From IMG/VR virus record IMGVR_UViG_3300025137_005047, positions 1 to 55,050 of that record: 55,050 nucleotides of DNA, one strand, 5' to 3'. The stretch is from a virus. Lineage: Duplodnaviria; Caudoviricetes. Shown piece after piece: positions 46,458-55,050 of the stretch (positions within the stretch are counted from its first letter, which is position 1; every line of letters starts with the position of its first letter). Below the pieces are notes generated by a model, which had not been told where the DNA came from, made no database searches, and saw only the letters and a list, made by a program, of their open reading frames with translations. Both the position numbers and the translations under genes were made by a program.

Positions 46458-47099
46458 ATGCGTAAACTAGGACTAATAATTATAACAGGTATTATAGTGT
46501 TAATATCAACAAATGCACAGGCTACAACTGGTGCACATTTAACAACTCAAGCCAAACATATTTTATGGAACGAGCTTAATAACGAAAATGTTCCAAATTC
46601 TAAACACCCAGAAATCCAGTGTTTAGCAGAAAACATTTACTTTGAAGCAAGAGCAGAATCTTATTCAGGTAAAGCCGCAGTAGCAAATGTTACTCGTAAT
46701 AGGGTTGAAGATAAAAGATGGCCCGATACATTTTGTGGTGTTGTAACAGATGGTCCAGTAAGAGAAAGTTGGAAAACAAAACAACATAAAAACTTGGCTG
46801 ACAAAGATAGAGTTTATTACCCAAGAAAGCACAGATGTCAGTTTAGTTGGTTTTGTGATGGTAACAAAGATGTTATTTGGGCAAATAAAGAATTAACAGG
46901 ACAAACTATAGAAGGTAATGCAAGAGCATGGAGAGAAGCAGTACAAATTGCAATTATAGTTACTGGAAACGGTTCGTACGAAGTTACAGATAATACACTA
47001 GGTGCAGTTTTTTACTATGCACATAATTTAGTTTATCCTAGTTGGGCTGATAAGAAGAAATACATTGGTATATTAGGCAATCATACATTTATGAAATAA
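46458..47099 (+). CDS. Cell wall hydrolase SleB/Hydrolase_2 family
   Basis: Signal peptide; CLAENIYFEARAE, NRV, CQFSW.CDG, GNH.F. Confidence 0.9.
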   Translation: MRKLGLIIITGIIVLISTNAQATTGAHLTTQAKHILWNELNNENVPNSKHPEIQCLAENIYFEARAESYSGKAAVANVTRNRVEDKRWPDTFCGVVTDGPVRESWKTKQHKNLADKDRVYYPRKHRCQFSWFCDGNKDVIWANKELTGQTIEGNARAWREAVQIAIIVTGNGSYEVTDNTLGAVFYYAHNLVYPSWADKKKYIGILGNHTFMK

Positions 47100-47443
47100 T
47101 GCAAAAACAAATATTTAAAGAAAATTACTTTGGAACGTTGATGTGTATTCTAGTCGACGAATCACGTAGAATGTTACCTGCATTTATGCCTACACAGGAA
47201 TTACACCAAATACAAAATGATATGTGTAAAGCAGGTAGTTGGATAGATCACATACCTGTAGATGTAATAATACAAACAATGCCACAACAATCGATACAAA
47301 AACTTCAGCAAGACGCCTTACCAAAATATAGACTTTTGGCGGCAAAATTGATAGAAACTTTTATAGAGTCATTTAAGACACAAGGAGGAGATGCAGTGAA
47401 ACTAAGACAGCATTTTGAAAAATTATATAACTGGAAACAATAA
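47099..47443 (+). CDS. Hypothetical protein
   Basis: Coupled ORF (TAATG). Confidence 0.5.
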   Translation: MQKQIFKENYFGTLMCILVDESRRMLPAFMPTQELHQIQNDMCKAGSWIDHIPVDVIIQTMPQQSIQKLQQDALPKYRLLAAKLIETFIESFKTQGGDAVKLRQHFEKLYNWKQ

Positions 47444-47450
47444 ATACAGT

Positions 47451-49430
47451 ATGTTCTTTGCATTATTAACATTATTAGTCGCCTTAAGCATAAGTTCCAT
47501 AGCGGCGTGGTATAGTATAGTAGGATTAACAGCCATCTTTGCGGCGGCAGTTTTTCCTATTATTTTAATGGGTGCAGTTCTTGAGGTAGGTAAAATAACC
47601 GCCACAGTCTGGTTACACCATTATTGGAAAAAGGCGCCTGCGTTCACTCGCTGGTACCTAAGTATGGCAGTCATTATACTCATGTTTATTACTAGTATGG
47701 GTATCTTTGGATTTTTATCTAAAAGTCATATTGAACAAACTGCACTTGGAGAAGATCAAGTAGCAATAATACAATCCGTAGAAGCAAATATTAGTCGTAG
47801 TGATGGTAAGGTTGATAGATGGCGTACGGAAATTAATAACCTAAATACAGGTGACAGTACTAGAGTAGATAATCTAGTTTCTAAAGAGCAAATAGTTTTG
47901 AATGAGTTATATGTTCGTATTGAAGCAGAAAAAGATAAAAAACGAGCAGATGCTGACAAGTCTATAGAGATTCAAAACAATAGATTAGAACAAGCAAAAG
48001 AAAGAAAAGAAGCAGATATTAAAGCCGCCAAAGACCGATTTGAAGGTAGTTTAGGTGGCGGAACAAAGTACGACAAGGCAGTCGAACGTGCCAAACAAAA
48101 CGAAATTTCAGTAGCATCTAAAGTGCAGAAAGAAATCATTGCAATCCAAACAAGACTTGCTAACGAATTAAAAGCAATCGATGACAAATATGCAAATGAC
48201 GTAGATGCAATACAAGATAGAATACAATCTCTAAGAGACCAAGCAAACGTTAAAACAGAAGATATTGATTCTAGAATAACAGAATTAGAAAACTTTATAG
48301 ATAAGGAACAAGTTAAACTAGAAGCATGGCGTAGTCAAAAATTTGATTATGAAAAAGAGTATAGAAAACTTGAAGCAGAAGTTGGCCCTATTAAGTATAT
48401 TGCAGAATTCATTTATGGTGAAGAAGCAGACAGAAATTTACTTGAGGCGGCAGTACGTTGGGTAATTATTATTATTGTTATAGTATTTGATCCACTAGCA
48501 ATTATGCTAGTATTGGCAGGTACCATGCAATTAAGATGGTTGCGAGAAGAAAAAGAATACCAACACCGTCCTGAAGCAAAACAACAAAAGATAGAGGAGT
48601 TAAAAATGAAAATTGACGACTATACTGGATTGTTACATCAATTAGAAGAAAAGATGGATGCACTTCAGGAAAGTAACAATGCTAAAGATAAAGACATTGC
48701 CAAGTTACAAAAAACAATAGATAAAACTATTAAAGATAAAGTTGCACTAGAACAACGTTTAATGAAATTAATCGAAGATAAAGATGCATCACATACACAG
48801 ATTACAGACAATTTAAAAGCAAAAGTTTCTAGTAAAGAAGAAAGTGTTGCTAAATTGAAAGAAACGGTAAAGTCCTTAGAAGCGAAAGAGCCCGAAATCG
48901 TAGAGAAGTTAGTGGAAGTAGAAAAACTAGTGGAAGACGAAACAAAGATAAAAGCGGCACTATCGGAAAAGGAAAAGATAGCATTAGAAAAATTGGAAGT
49001 AGAAAAAGCAAAAGCGGAAGTAGAAAAACAAAGTAAAGATATGGAAACACAGATTAAGGCTAGAGATGCCGCAATCGAACGTCTAAATGCAAAATATAAG
49101 TTAGTAGAAAATTCTACTACTCCTGATATTTTAAAACCTAAAGCAGATGACGATAATGATGTTCCACCGGCTACTTACGGAAGTAAATTTCCACCAGATG
49201 CAGTGAATGGTCAACTGTTTACTAAAACAGATGTTTTTCCACATACATTATTTAAATGGAATGGTAAAAAATGGATTGAAGTAGATAAAGAAGGTACTAA
49301 CAGTCATTTAACAGAAGACTATGTTAGACTACTAGTTGAAAAAGTTGCTAGTGGAGAAATTGAACTAGAAGATATGTCAGATTCTGAGAAATCACAAATG
49401 ACAGATTTTTTATCTAATGGGAGAGAATGA
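47451..49430 (+). CDS. Membrane-anchored long coiled-coil protein
   Basis: Three N-terminal TMs (YSIVGL, LEVGK, TSMGIFGFLS), coiled coil, EVGPIKY, VFDPLA TM; start probably MFFALL. Confidence 0.7.
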   Translation: MFFALLTLLVALSISSIAAWYSIVGLTAIFAAAVFPIILMGAVLEVGKITATVWLHHYWKKAPAFTRWYLSMAVIILMFITSMGIFGFLSKSHIEQTALGEDQVAIIQSVEANISRSDGKVDRWRTEINNLNTGDSTRVDNLVSKEQIVLNELYVRIEAEKDKKRADADKSIEIQNNRLEQAKERKEADIKAAKDRFEGSLGGGTKYDKAVERAKQNEISVASKVQKEIIAIQTRLANELKAIDDKYANDVDAIQDRIQSLRDQANVKTEDIDSRITELENFIDKEQVKLEAWRSQKFDYEKEYRKLEAEVGPIKYIAEFIYGEEADRNLLEAAVRWVIIIIVIVFDPLAIMLVLAGTMQLRWLREEKEYQHRPEAKQQKIEELKMKIDDYTGLLHQLEEKMDALQESNNAKDKDIAKLQKTIDKTIKDKVALEQRLMKLIEDKDASHTQITDNLKAKVSSKEESVAKLKETVKSLEAKEPEIVEKLVEVEKLVEDETKIKAALSEKEKIALEKLEVEKAKAEVEKQSKDMETQIKARDAAIERLNAKYKLVENSTTPDILKPKADDDNDVPPATYGSKFPPDAVNGQLFTKTDVFPHTLFKWNGKKWIEVDKEGTNSHLTEDYVRLLVEKVASGEIELEDMSDSEKSQMTDFLSNGRE

Positions 49431-49813
49431 TTAACGACAAGATAACAATAGTAACAAGTCCAGACTATGATCACAATAGTGATTATAAAATATGTTTAGT
49501 AGGCGATACTCCTCTCGTAGATAACATATTAGATTTATTGGATAGAGATGAACGTAGAATAAGTGTTCATTGTATTACTAAAAATGATACTGATTTTGAT
49601 TGGATTGCAAATACAGTAAATTCTAGTCATTTTACATTCTTAGACCAAACTTCAGAATTGAATAAAGTATACTTGGGGTGGATACTGTCCCGCCCTAATG
49701 TATACCACAATATTGAAGCACACAAAGTGATTAATCCTAATTATGGGATTAACGTTGTGGCTTCACTACTTAAACAAACCGACAGTTACAATGGAGGGCA
49801 AATTGGGATATAA
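49427..49813 (+). CDS. Hypothetical protein
   Basis: GGAG RBS; overlapping ORF. Confidence 0.55.
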   Translation: MINDKITIVTSPDYDHNSDYKICLVGDTPLVDNILDLLDRDERRISVHCITKNDTDFDWIANTVNSSHFTFLDQTSELNKVYLGWILSRPNVYHNIEAHKVINPNYGINVVASLLKQTDSYNGGQIGI

Positions 49814-50102
49814 TCAAAAACCAAGAAGTAACAACAATTTCAAAGGAAACTTTGAACATAAAAAAAGATGGGAAGATAGACCTAGAGATCACGGGTTAAC
49901 AGTTCATGTAAATGGTGATACACCTGAAGCATTAACTAAAGCACTTCGTAAACTTAAAAAGAGAGTTGCGAATGATGGATTATTGCAAACATTAAGAGAT
50001 AAGCAATATTATCAAAAACCGTCTGAAATCAAAAGAGAGAAGAAAAAACAAGGAATTAAACGTTGGAAGAAATTACAACGTGAAGCAGAAAAAAGAGGCT
50101 AA
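49803..50102 (+). CDS. rpsU: Ribosomal protein bS21 with N-terminal extension
   Basis: V.V......KALRKLKK.....G.L..L.....Y.KPS..KR; TTG start after GGAGG (ATG 49791 is the alternative). Confidence 0.8.
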   Translation: MGYNQKPRSNNNFKGNFEHKKRWEDRPRDHGLTVHVNGDTPEALTKALRKLKKRVANDGLLQTLRDKQYYQKPSEIKREKKKQGIKRWKKLQREAEKRG

Positions 50103-50193
50103 CATTGTGCCGTACTTTTAAACAAAGTACCGTTAAACGACGTCTTTGACTGCTTAAACTACCATATTATCCCTGGTTTTCTATCTAAAGTAC

Positions 50194-50223
50194 TTGACTT
50201 TTACAGATAAATAACTATATAAT
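50194..50223 (+). promoter_or_regulatory. Promoter for hsp20
   Basis: TTGACT, 18-nt spacer, TATAAT. Confidence 0.6.
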
Positions 50224-50227
50224 ACAG

Positions 50228-50321
50228 TATGCATTAGAAATGGTTCTAATGTATATATTATCGCAACGCCTATATAGGGTTGCATTTATAAACTTGCTTA
50301 ATACAAAGGAGTTATAGCATG
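50228..50321 (+). promoter_or_regulatory. ROSE-like RNA thermometer in the hsp20 5'UTR
   Basis: Three hairpins; in the last, UUGCU pairs with the AGGAG SD leaving a bulged G. Confidence 0.65.
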
Positions 50322-50762
50322 ACAAACTACAAAACAAATCTATCATTTTTTAACCAATTACGTCCATTTTCTGTGGGCTTTGATGATATGTTCGATCAAT
50401 TCGAAAGAATGTACGACTATCAATCAAGTAATACGGTTAATTATCCACCATATAATATCGTTAAGACAGGTGATTATACTTACGATATAGAGGTTGCACT
50501 AGCAGGCTTTGGTAAAGACGACATCGAAGTTAAAACTGCAGACGGTGAACTAACCATTAAATCAGTTAAATCAGATGAAGGACAGGAGAAAGATCCAGGA
50601 GTAATCCACAAAGGAATTTCAAAACGTCAATTCGTTAGAACATTTACTATCGCAGAAGACATGGTAGTTAATGGCGCTGAATTAAAAGACGGCTTACTTA
50701 CAGTTGCTTTGGAAAAAATTATCCCTGAAGCCAAAAAGCCAAAAACAATTCAAATTAAGTAA
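50319..50762 (+). CDS. Small heat shock protein Hsp20 (IbpA-like)
   Basis: VGFD, NYPPYNI, ALAGF, HKGIS.R.F.R.F, A.L.DGLL.V.L...IPE. Confidence 0.92.
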   Translation: MTNYKTNLSFFNQLRPFSVGFDDMFDQFERMYDYQSSNTVNYPPYNIVKTGDYTYDIEVALAGFGKDDIEVKTADGELTIKSVKSDEGQEKDPGVIHKGISKRQFVRTFTIAEDMVVNGAELKDGLLTVALEKIIPEAKKPKTIQIK

Positions 50763-50897
50763 TCTTAATTTTAACGATAGTGGTTGTAGTAGTCTATGAC
50801 CACTATCTCTCTCCTAAAAACTATAATATAACATACTCACCTTTGACTTATAAATACAACTGAGTGATGCAAATAACAACTCATACAGGAAAAGAAA

Positions 50898-51350
50898 ATG
50901 GATCGTAATTTACTTTATAAATGGGTTGCAATATTTACTTGTACAACCTTTAGTTTCTTCGTTATACATATGTTTAACTTATGGAACGCACTTTGGCTTT
51001 CAGACCAAACAAAAATCAGTTTTATTATTATAGCCGTGTGGGCGATATCATCAATTTTTGTACTATACAAAATTTATAAACCAAAATCAGTAAACGAAGA
51101 GTTACTTTGGTTTACTTCTGAAAGTTTAGTCACACTAGGACTAATTGGAACAGTGAGTGGGTTCTTATTAATGCTTTACTCAGCATTTGCAGACATAGAT
51201 GTTTCAAATATAGATTCATTAACGGCTTCGCTAGATCAAATGGCGACAGGAATGAGTACGGCCCTTACCACAACCTTAGTTGGACTTATCAGTAGTTTAC
51301 ATTTAAAAGTACAATTAATGTTAGTGGAGTCGCATAATGCAAAAGAATAA
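50898..51350 (+). CDS. MotA/TolQ/ExbB proton-channel family protein
   Basis: LGLIGTVSG and GMSTALTTTLVGL motifs; TATAAATA upstream. Confidence 0.8.
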   Translation: MDRNLLYKWVAIFTCTTFSFFVIHMFNLWNALWLSDQTKISFIIIAVWAISSIFVLYKIYKPKSVNEELLWFTSESLVTLGLIGTVSGFLLMLYSAFADIDVSNIDSLTASLDQMATGMSTALTTTLVGLISSLHLKVQLMLVESHNAKE

Positions 51351-51981
51351 GCATCGTAGATACTTAACCACATTTGGATTTATAGACTTACTGTTTAATA
51401 TGCTAGTAGGATTTGTATTCCTATTCTTTATTGCATACATTTTAATTAATCCAATAGCAGATGATGGAAAAGTTGATCCACCTGATCAGGCTTTAATAGT
51501 AATTAACTGGTCCAATGAGAGTGACTTTGATGTAGATGTCTGGGTTAGAGATCCAAATGGAAAAATATTAAGTTTTACAAATAAAACTATTAAAGGTATG
51601 CATTTGGAAAAAGATGATTTAGGTAAAACTGGTGATGCTCCCGGTTATGTAAAGAATCAAGAAGTTGTACACATCACACAATTCTTTCCAGGGTCTTATG
51701 AAGTCAGTGTTCATTTATATAGTATGCACGATCAAGTAGAGCCAGATGATATAACAGTTGAATTTATGACTATTAAGAATTTTAGAAAATACGGAAGTAG
51801 AACTGTTACACTAAAATTTAAAGGACAAGAAGAGCCTATAGTTCGTATTAAAGCAGGCGAAAAAAATAAAGTATTAGATGTTGACTGGGACTTTAATGGT
51901 GCAGTTGTTGAATGGAATAAAGTTAACTCAGTACAATTAGGAGAAGGTAATATAGTTAATGGAAATGAGGCTAGTAGATAA
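51337..51981 (+). CDS. ExbD/MotB-like single-TM protein with YfaP/DUF2135-like periplasmic domain
   Basis: TM with conserved Asp (FIDLLFN); DVDVWVRDPNG, DD.G, N.EV, PGSY.V.VHLY. Confidence 0.65.
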   Translation: MQKNKHRRYLTTFGFIDLLFNMLVGFVFLFFIAYILINPIADDGKVDPPDQALIVINWSNESDFDVDVWVRDPNGKILSFTNKTIKGMHLEKDDLGKTGDAPGYVKNQEVVHITQFFPGSYEVSVHLYSMHDQVEPDDITVEFMTIKNFRKYGSRTVTLKFKGQEEPIVRIKAGEKNKVLDVDWDFNGAVVEWNKVNSVQLGEGNIVNGNEASR

Positions 51982-52439
51982 TGTTTAATTTAGATTGGTT
52001 TGATACATGGATTTACCATATTATAGGTTGGCCCTTTTTAGTACTAGTACTTTGTATAGCAGTATGGCTTAGAGTTAACTGGAAAATAGCACTAGTATTA
52101 CTTCCTTTAAGTTTTGGTGCTTTAGGACTTTTAACTGTAGATATTGAAAAAGTGTTTGGAAGAGCATATCCGTCGCTACCTGAGGGAGAATGGCGATATT
52201 TATGGCATGGAGAAACTGCCAATTCTATTGAACTTTTAGTACTTGACAAAGAGGGTACAAGGTTGTATACTATAACACTAAATGAAGAAAACAGAGAACA
52301 ATTAAACTCGATGGGCGAAAAACAGAAAGTAACAGGTGTACAACAAATGGGCGAATTTAAGTCTAATAAAGGTAGAAGTACAGATAAGACTAAACTTGAA
52401 TATTATGATTTTCCTCATCAAGAATATCAAAAGAAATAA
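51981..52439 (+). CDS. Membrane protein, third gene of the ExbB/ExbD-like operon
   Basis: Two N-terminal TMs; coupled (TAATG). Confidence 0.6.
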   Translation: MFNLDWFDTWIYHIIGWPFLVLVLCIAVWLRVNWKIALVLLPLSFGALGLLTVDIEKVFGRAYPSLPEGEWRYLWHGETANSIELLVLDKEGTRLYTITLNEENREQLNSMGEKQKVTGVQQMGEFKSNKGRSTDKTKLEYYDFPHQEYQKK

Positions 52440-52444
52440 GGGCA

Positions 52445-52756
52445 ATGACAGATACAGATAATGCAACGATAGTAAAGCCAGTAACTAAAGTGGAATTAAA
52501 AGAACCAAATTTATGGAAAGTCATTATGTTAAATGATGACATTACAACAATGGAATTTGTTATTCAATGTCTTGTTGACTTCTTTGAATATGATGAAGAA
52601 GGTGCAAAAAAGATTGTTGTTGATATTCATGAGAATGGAAGTTGCGTAGTAGCAACTATGCCATATGAGATGGCAGAGCAAAAAGGAATTGAAGTTACAC
52701 TGGCGGCTAGAAACGACGGCTATCCGTTAGAAGTTAGGATCGAAGAAGACAAATAG
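52445..52756 (+). CDS. clpS: ATP-dependent Clp protease adaptor ClpS
   Basis: KVIMLNDD.TTMEFV, IH..G, YE.AEQK, YPL. Confidence 0.9.
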   Translation: MTDTDNATIVKPVTKVELKEPNLWKVIMLNDDITTMEFVIQCLVDFFEYDEEGAKKIVVDIHENGSCVVATMPYEMAEQKGIEVTLAARNDGYPLEVRIEEDK

Positions 52757-52763
52757 GGGCAAT

Positions 52764-53300
52764 ATGTCAACACACGCAATGATTGACCTAGAAACACTAG
52801 GCACTCAACCCGATTGTGTAGTACTTACACTAGGCGGTATAAAATTTAATCCATATAATAAAGAAGAACCTGCAAAAGGTTTGTACTTACGTCTTAATGT
52901 AGACGAACAAACAAGTATGAATCGAAGTGTAGACAATGGAACCGTAGAATGGTGGGGTAAACAATCTAAAGCAGTACAAGATGAAGCATTGGGAGAAGAA
53001 GGAAGAACTAATGTTTCTGATTCTTTAGCACAACTTAATAAATGGCTTATTGGGTGCGATGAGATATGGTGTCAAGGACCTGCATTTGATATGGTCATAT
53101 TAGAAAATTTATATAGGCAAATGAAACAACCTTTGCCTTGGAACTTTTGGCAAGTTAGAGATAGTAGAACATTATTTTCGATGATGCCATCTGATCCTAG
53201 AAAAGCAATAAGAACGGATGCTCATAATGCCTTAGCAGATTGCTATTATCAAGCAAAATGCGTTCAGCAATCATATGAACATTTTAAGGTAACTAAATGA
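52764..53300 (+). CDS. DEDDh 3'-5' exonuclease (DexA/Rv2179c-like)
   Basis: MIDLETL, WCQG..FD, RDSRT, HNALAD. Confidence 0.85.
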   Translation: MSTHAMIDLETLGTQPDCVVLTLGGIKFNPYNKEEPAKGLYLRLNVDEQTSMNRSVDNGTVEWWGKQSKAVQDEALGEEGRTNVSDSLAQLNKWLIGCDEIWCQGPAFDMVILENLYRQMKQPLPWNFWQVRDSRTLFSMMPSDPRKAIRTDAHNALADCYYQAKCVQQSYEHFKVTK

Positions 53301-54010
53301 ATGTACTACTTACAGGACACAAAGGTTTTATAGGAACTCAATTATATAAAAGATTACAAGACTTAAAATTTAATGTTATTGGAATCGATTTACAAGACGG
53401 TAATGATTTACTTACTTGCGAATTACCTATAGAAGTAGACTTTGTAATACATTTAGCAGGTAAAAGCGGAGTAAGACAGAGTTTAAATGATCCTGCAGGT
53501 TATTGGACAAATAATATAGAAGCAAGTAAACGTTTATTTGAAAGATATAAAGGTAAAAGAATATTATATGCAAGTTCTAGTTCGCAATACGAACCACATT
53601 TAAATCCGTATGCGGCATCTAAACATTGTTTAGAATATTTGGCTTCTTGTTATCCTTTTACTTTAGGAATGAGACTACATACAGTTTATTCAGACATACC
53701 TAGGAAAGATATGTTTTTTGACAAGTTACAAAAAGGTACATTAGAATATGTTACAAATCATACTAGAGATTTTATACATATGGAAGATGTATTAGATGCA
53801 ATACAATTATTAGTGTATAATCCAGAAATGATAGGAGTTATTGATATTGGTACTGGAAATAGTGTAAGAGTAAGAGACCTTGCACCAAATTTACCAGTTA
53901 AGATATATACTCCAAATGAAAGACACGACACACTAGCCGATATAACACAACTAAAGAAATTAGGGTTTACACCTAAACACTTATCACCAAGGATAGAGGT
54001 TATCAAATGA
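53297..54010 (+). CDS. NAD-dependent epimerase/dehydratase
   Basis: TGHKGFIG, HLAG, ASSS, YAASK, RDFIH. Confidence 0.85.
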   Translation: MNVLLTGHKGFIGTQLYKRLQDLKFNVIGIDLQDGNDLLTCELPIEVDFVIHLAGKSGVRQSLNDPAGYWTNNIEASKRLFERYKGKRILYASSSSQYEPHLNPYAASKHCLEYLASCYPFTLGMRLHTVYSDIPRKDMFFDKLQKGTLEYVTNHTRDFIHMEDVLDAIQLLVYNPEMIGVIDIGTGNSVRVRDLAPNLPVKIYTPNERHDTLADITQLKKLGFTPKHLSPRIEVIK

Positions 54011-55050
54011 GACTGAAAGAAGAGTTAAAATTAAATTTTGAAGATGTACTATTGCAACCAAAACGTTCTACACTATCAAGTAGACGAGATGTACAAATGA
54101 GTAGAAAATTTGAATTTAGGAACTCTGGAAAAGTTATGGACTTCTGTCCTATATTTGCAAGTAATATGGATGGAGTTGGAACATTTAGTATGGCAAAAGT
54201 TTTACAACAACATAAAATGATGACAGTTATTACAAAGTCAACAACTCCGGAACAATGGAAAGCGGCGGCTGGCACAGGTTTAAGAATGCAAAGTGTGAGT
54301 GTATGTACAGGAACAAATATAATGTGGGATCCTGATGCACCTGACTATAAAATGATGAAGGAAGTTTTAACTATGTTTCCTGATGTTAAAATGATTACTG
54401 TAGATGTTGCCAATGCATATCACGAAAACTTTATAGACTTTATTAAAAAAATTAGAAATGAATACCCTGACAAAGTTATTGTAGCAGGTAATGTAGTTAC
54501 ACCTGAAATGGTAGAAGAACTTATTATAAATGGTGCTGATGTTGTTAAAATTGGTATTGGTCCAGGATCAGTATGCACTACAAGAACAATGACGGGTGTA
54601 GGAGTACCACAGTTTTCAGCAATTATGGAATGTGCCGACGCGGCGAACGGAGTCGATGGACATATTATGGCTGACGGCGGTTGTGTATATCCAGGTGATA
54701 TTGCAAAAGCATTTGGCGGTGGAGCACATATGGTAATGATTGGTGGTATGTTAGCAGGACATGACGAATCAGAGCAACCAGTAGTAGATGGTAAAGTAGA
54801 ATTTTATGGCATGAGCTCAGACCGTGCCAGAGAAAAGCATGGTAAACGTAAAGATGGGTATAGGGGAAATGAAGGAAGATTTATTTCTATGCCATATCGT
54901 GGACCAGTAGAAGCAACTGTACAAGATATTTTAGGTGGAGTTAGATCATCGGCAACATATATTGGTGCAAGACGTTTGAAAGATATGCCAAAGTGTGCAA
55001 CGTTTGTAAGATGTAACTCAAACATTAATAGAATATACGAACAATTCACA
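54007..55050 (+). CDS. guaC: GMP reductase, runs off window end (absent from the ORF track)
   Basis: ATG 54007: MRLKEELKLNFEDVLLQPKRSTLSSRRDV, ASNMDGVGTF, DVANA, KIGIGPGSVCTTR, ADGG, FYGMSS; open to 55050. Confidence 0.9.
   Translation, partial: MRLKEELKLNFEDVLLQPKRSTLSSRRDVQMSRKFEFRNSGKVMDFCPIFASNMDGVGTFSMAKVLQQHKMMTVITKSTTPEQWKAAAGTGLRMQSVSVCTGTNIMWDPDAPDYKMMKEVLTMFPDVKMITVDVANAYHENFIDFIKKIRNEYPDKVIVAGNVVTPEMVEELIINGADVVKIGIGPGSVCTTRTMTGVGVPQFSAIMECADAANGVDGHIMADGGCVYPGDIAKAFGGGAHMVMIGGMLAGHDESEQPVVDGKVEFYGMSSDRAREKHGKRKDGYRGNEGRFISMPYRGPVEATVQDILGGVRSSATYIGARRLKDMPKCATFVRCNSNINRIYEQFT

Noticed and set aside
286-52249. Numerous 60-200 aa ORFs antisense or out of frame within long genes (e.g. 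286..591, 23050..23619, 26282..26902, 42879..43073)
   Set aside because: They overlap well-supported genes or RNA, and have no RBS or recognisable motifs.
53758-55049. Minus-strand ORFs 53758..54006, 54003..54275 and 54804..55049
   Set aside because: Antisense shadows of the epimerase and guaC.
1-55050. Alternative genetic code (stop-codon reassignment)
   Set aside because: Conserved genes are full length under code 11, and TAA, TAG and TGA all act as stops.

Overview
AT-rich, densely coding segment of a large T4-like (myovirus/jumbo-type) bacteriophage genome, almost all on the + strand. The host is probably a marine alphaproteobacterium, inferred from the permuted tmRNA, the ROSE-like thermometer, FdxA and TctA. 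It holds replication/recombination genes (gp32 SSB, UvsX, UvsY, UvsW, clamp-loader-like protein, primase, gp41 helicase, a ~193-aa miniature DnaE-type polymerase) and nucleotide metabolism genes (nrdAB, glutaredoxin, guaC). A late block of putative capsid-internal proteins shares an N-terminal targeting-like motif. Host-takeover genes include ClpP, ClpS, Hsp20, bS21, Smr, an HD hydrolase, SpeD, TctA, a Rieske-type oxygenase and an ExbB/ExbD-like trio. The main features missing from the ORF track are: (1) a circularly permuted two-piece tmRNA whose ~360-nt intervening segment is filled by a 112-aa membrane-protein gene; (2) an unassigned ~225-nt multi-branched, pseudoknotted ncRNA with its own promoter upstream of gp32; (3) a probable -1 frameshift at an A9 run that fuses a small head protein to a P-loop kinase; (4) a ROSE-like RNA thermometer before hsp20; (5) a tRNA-Met, guaC and several small ORFs. 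All assignments come from motif recognition by eye; no database searches were run.
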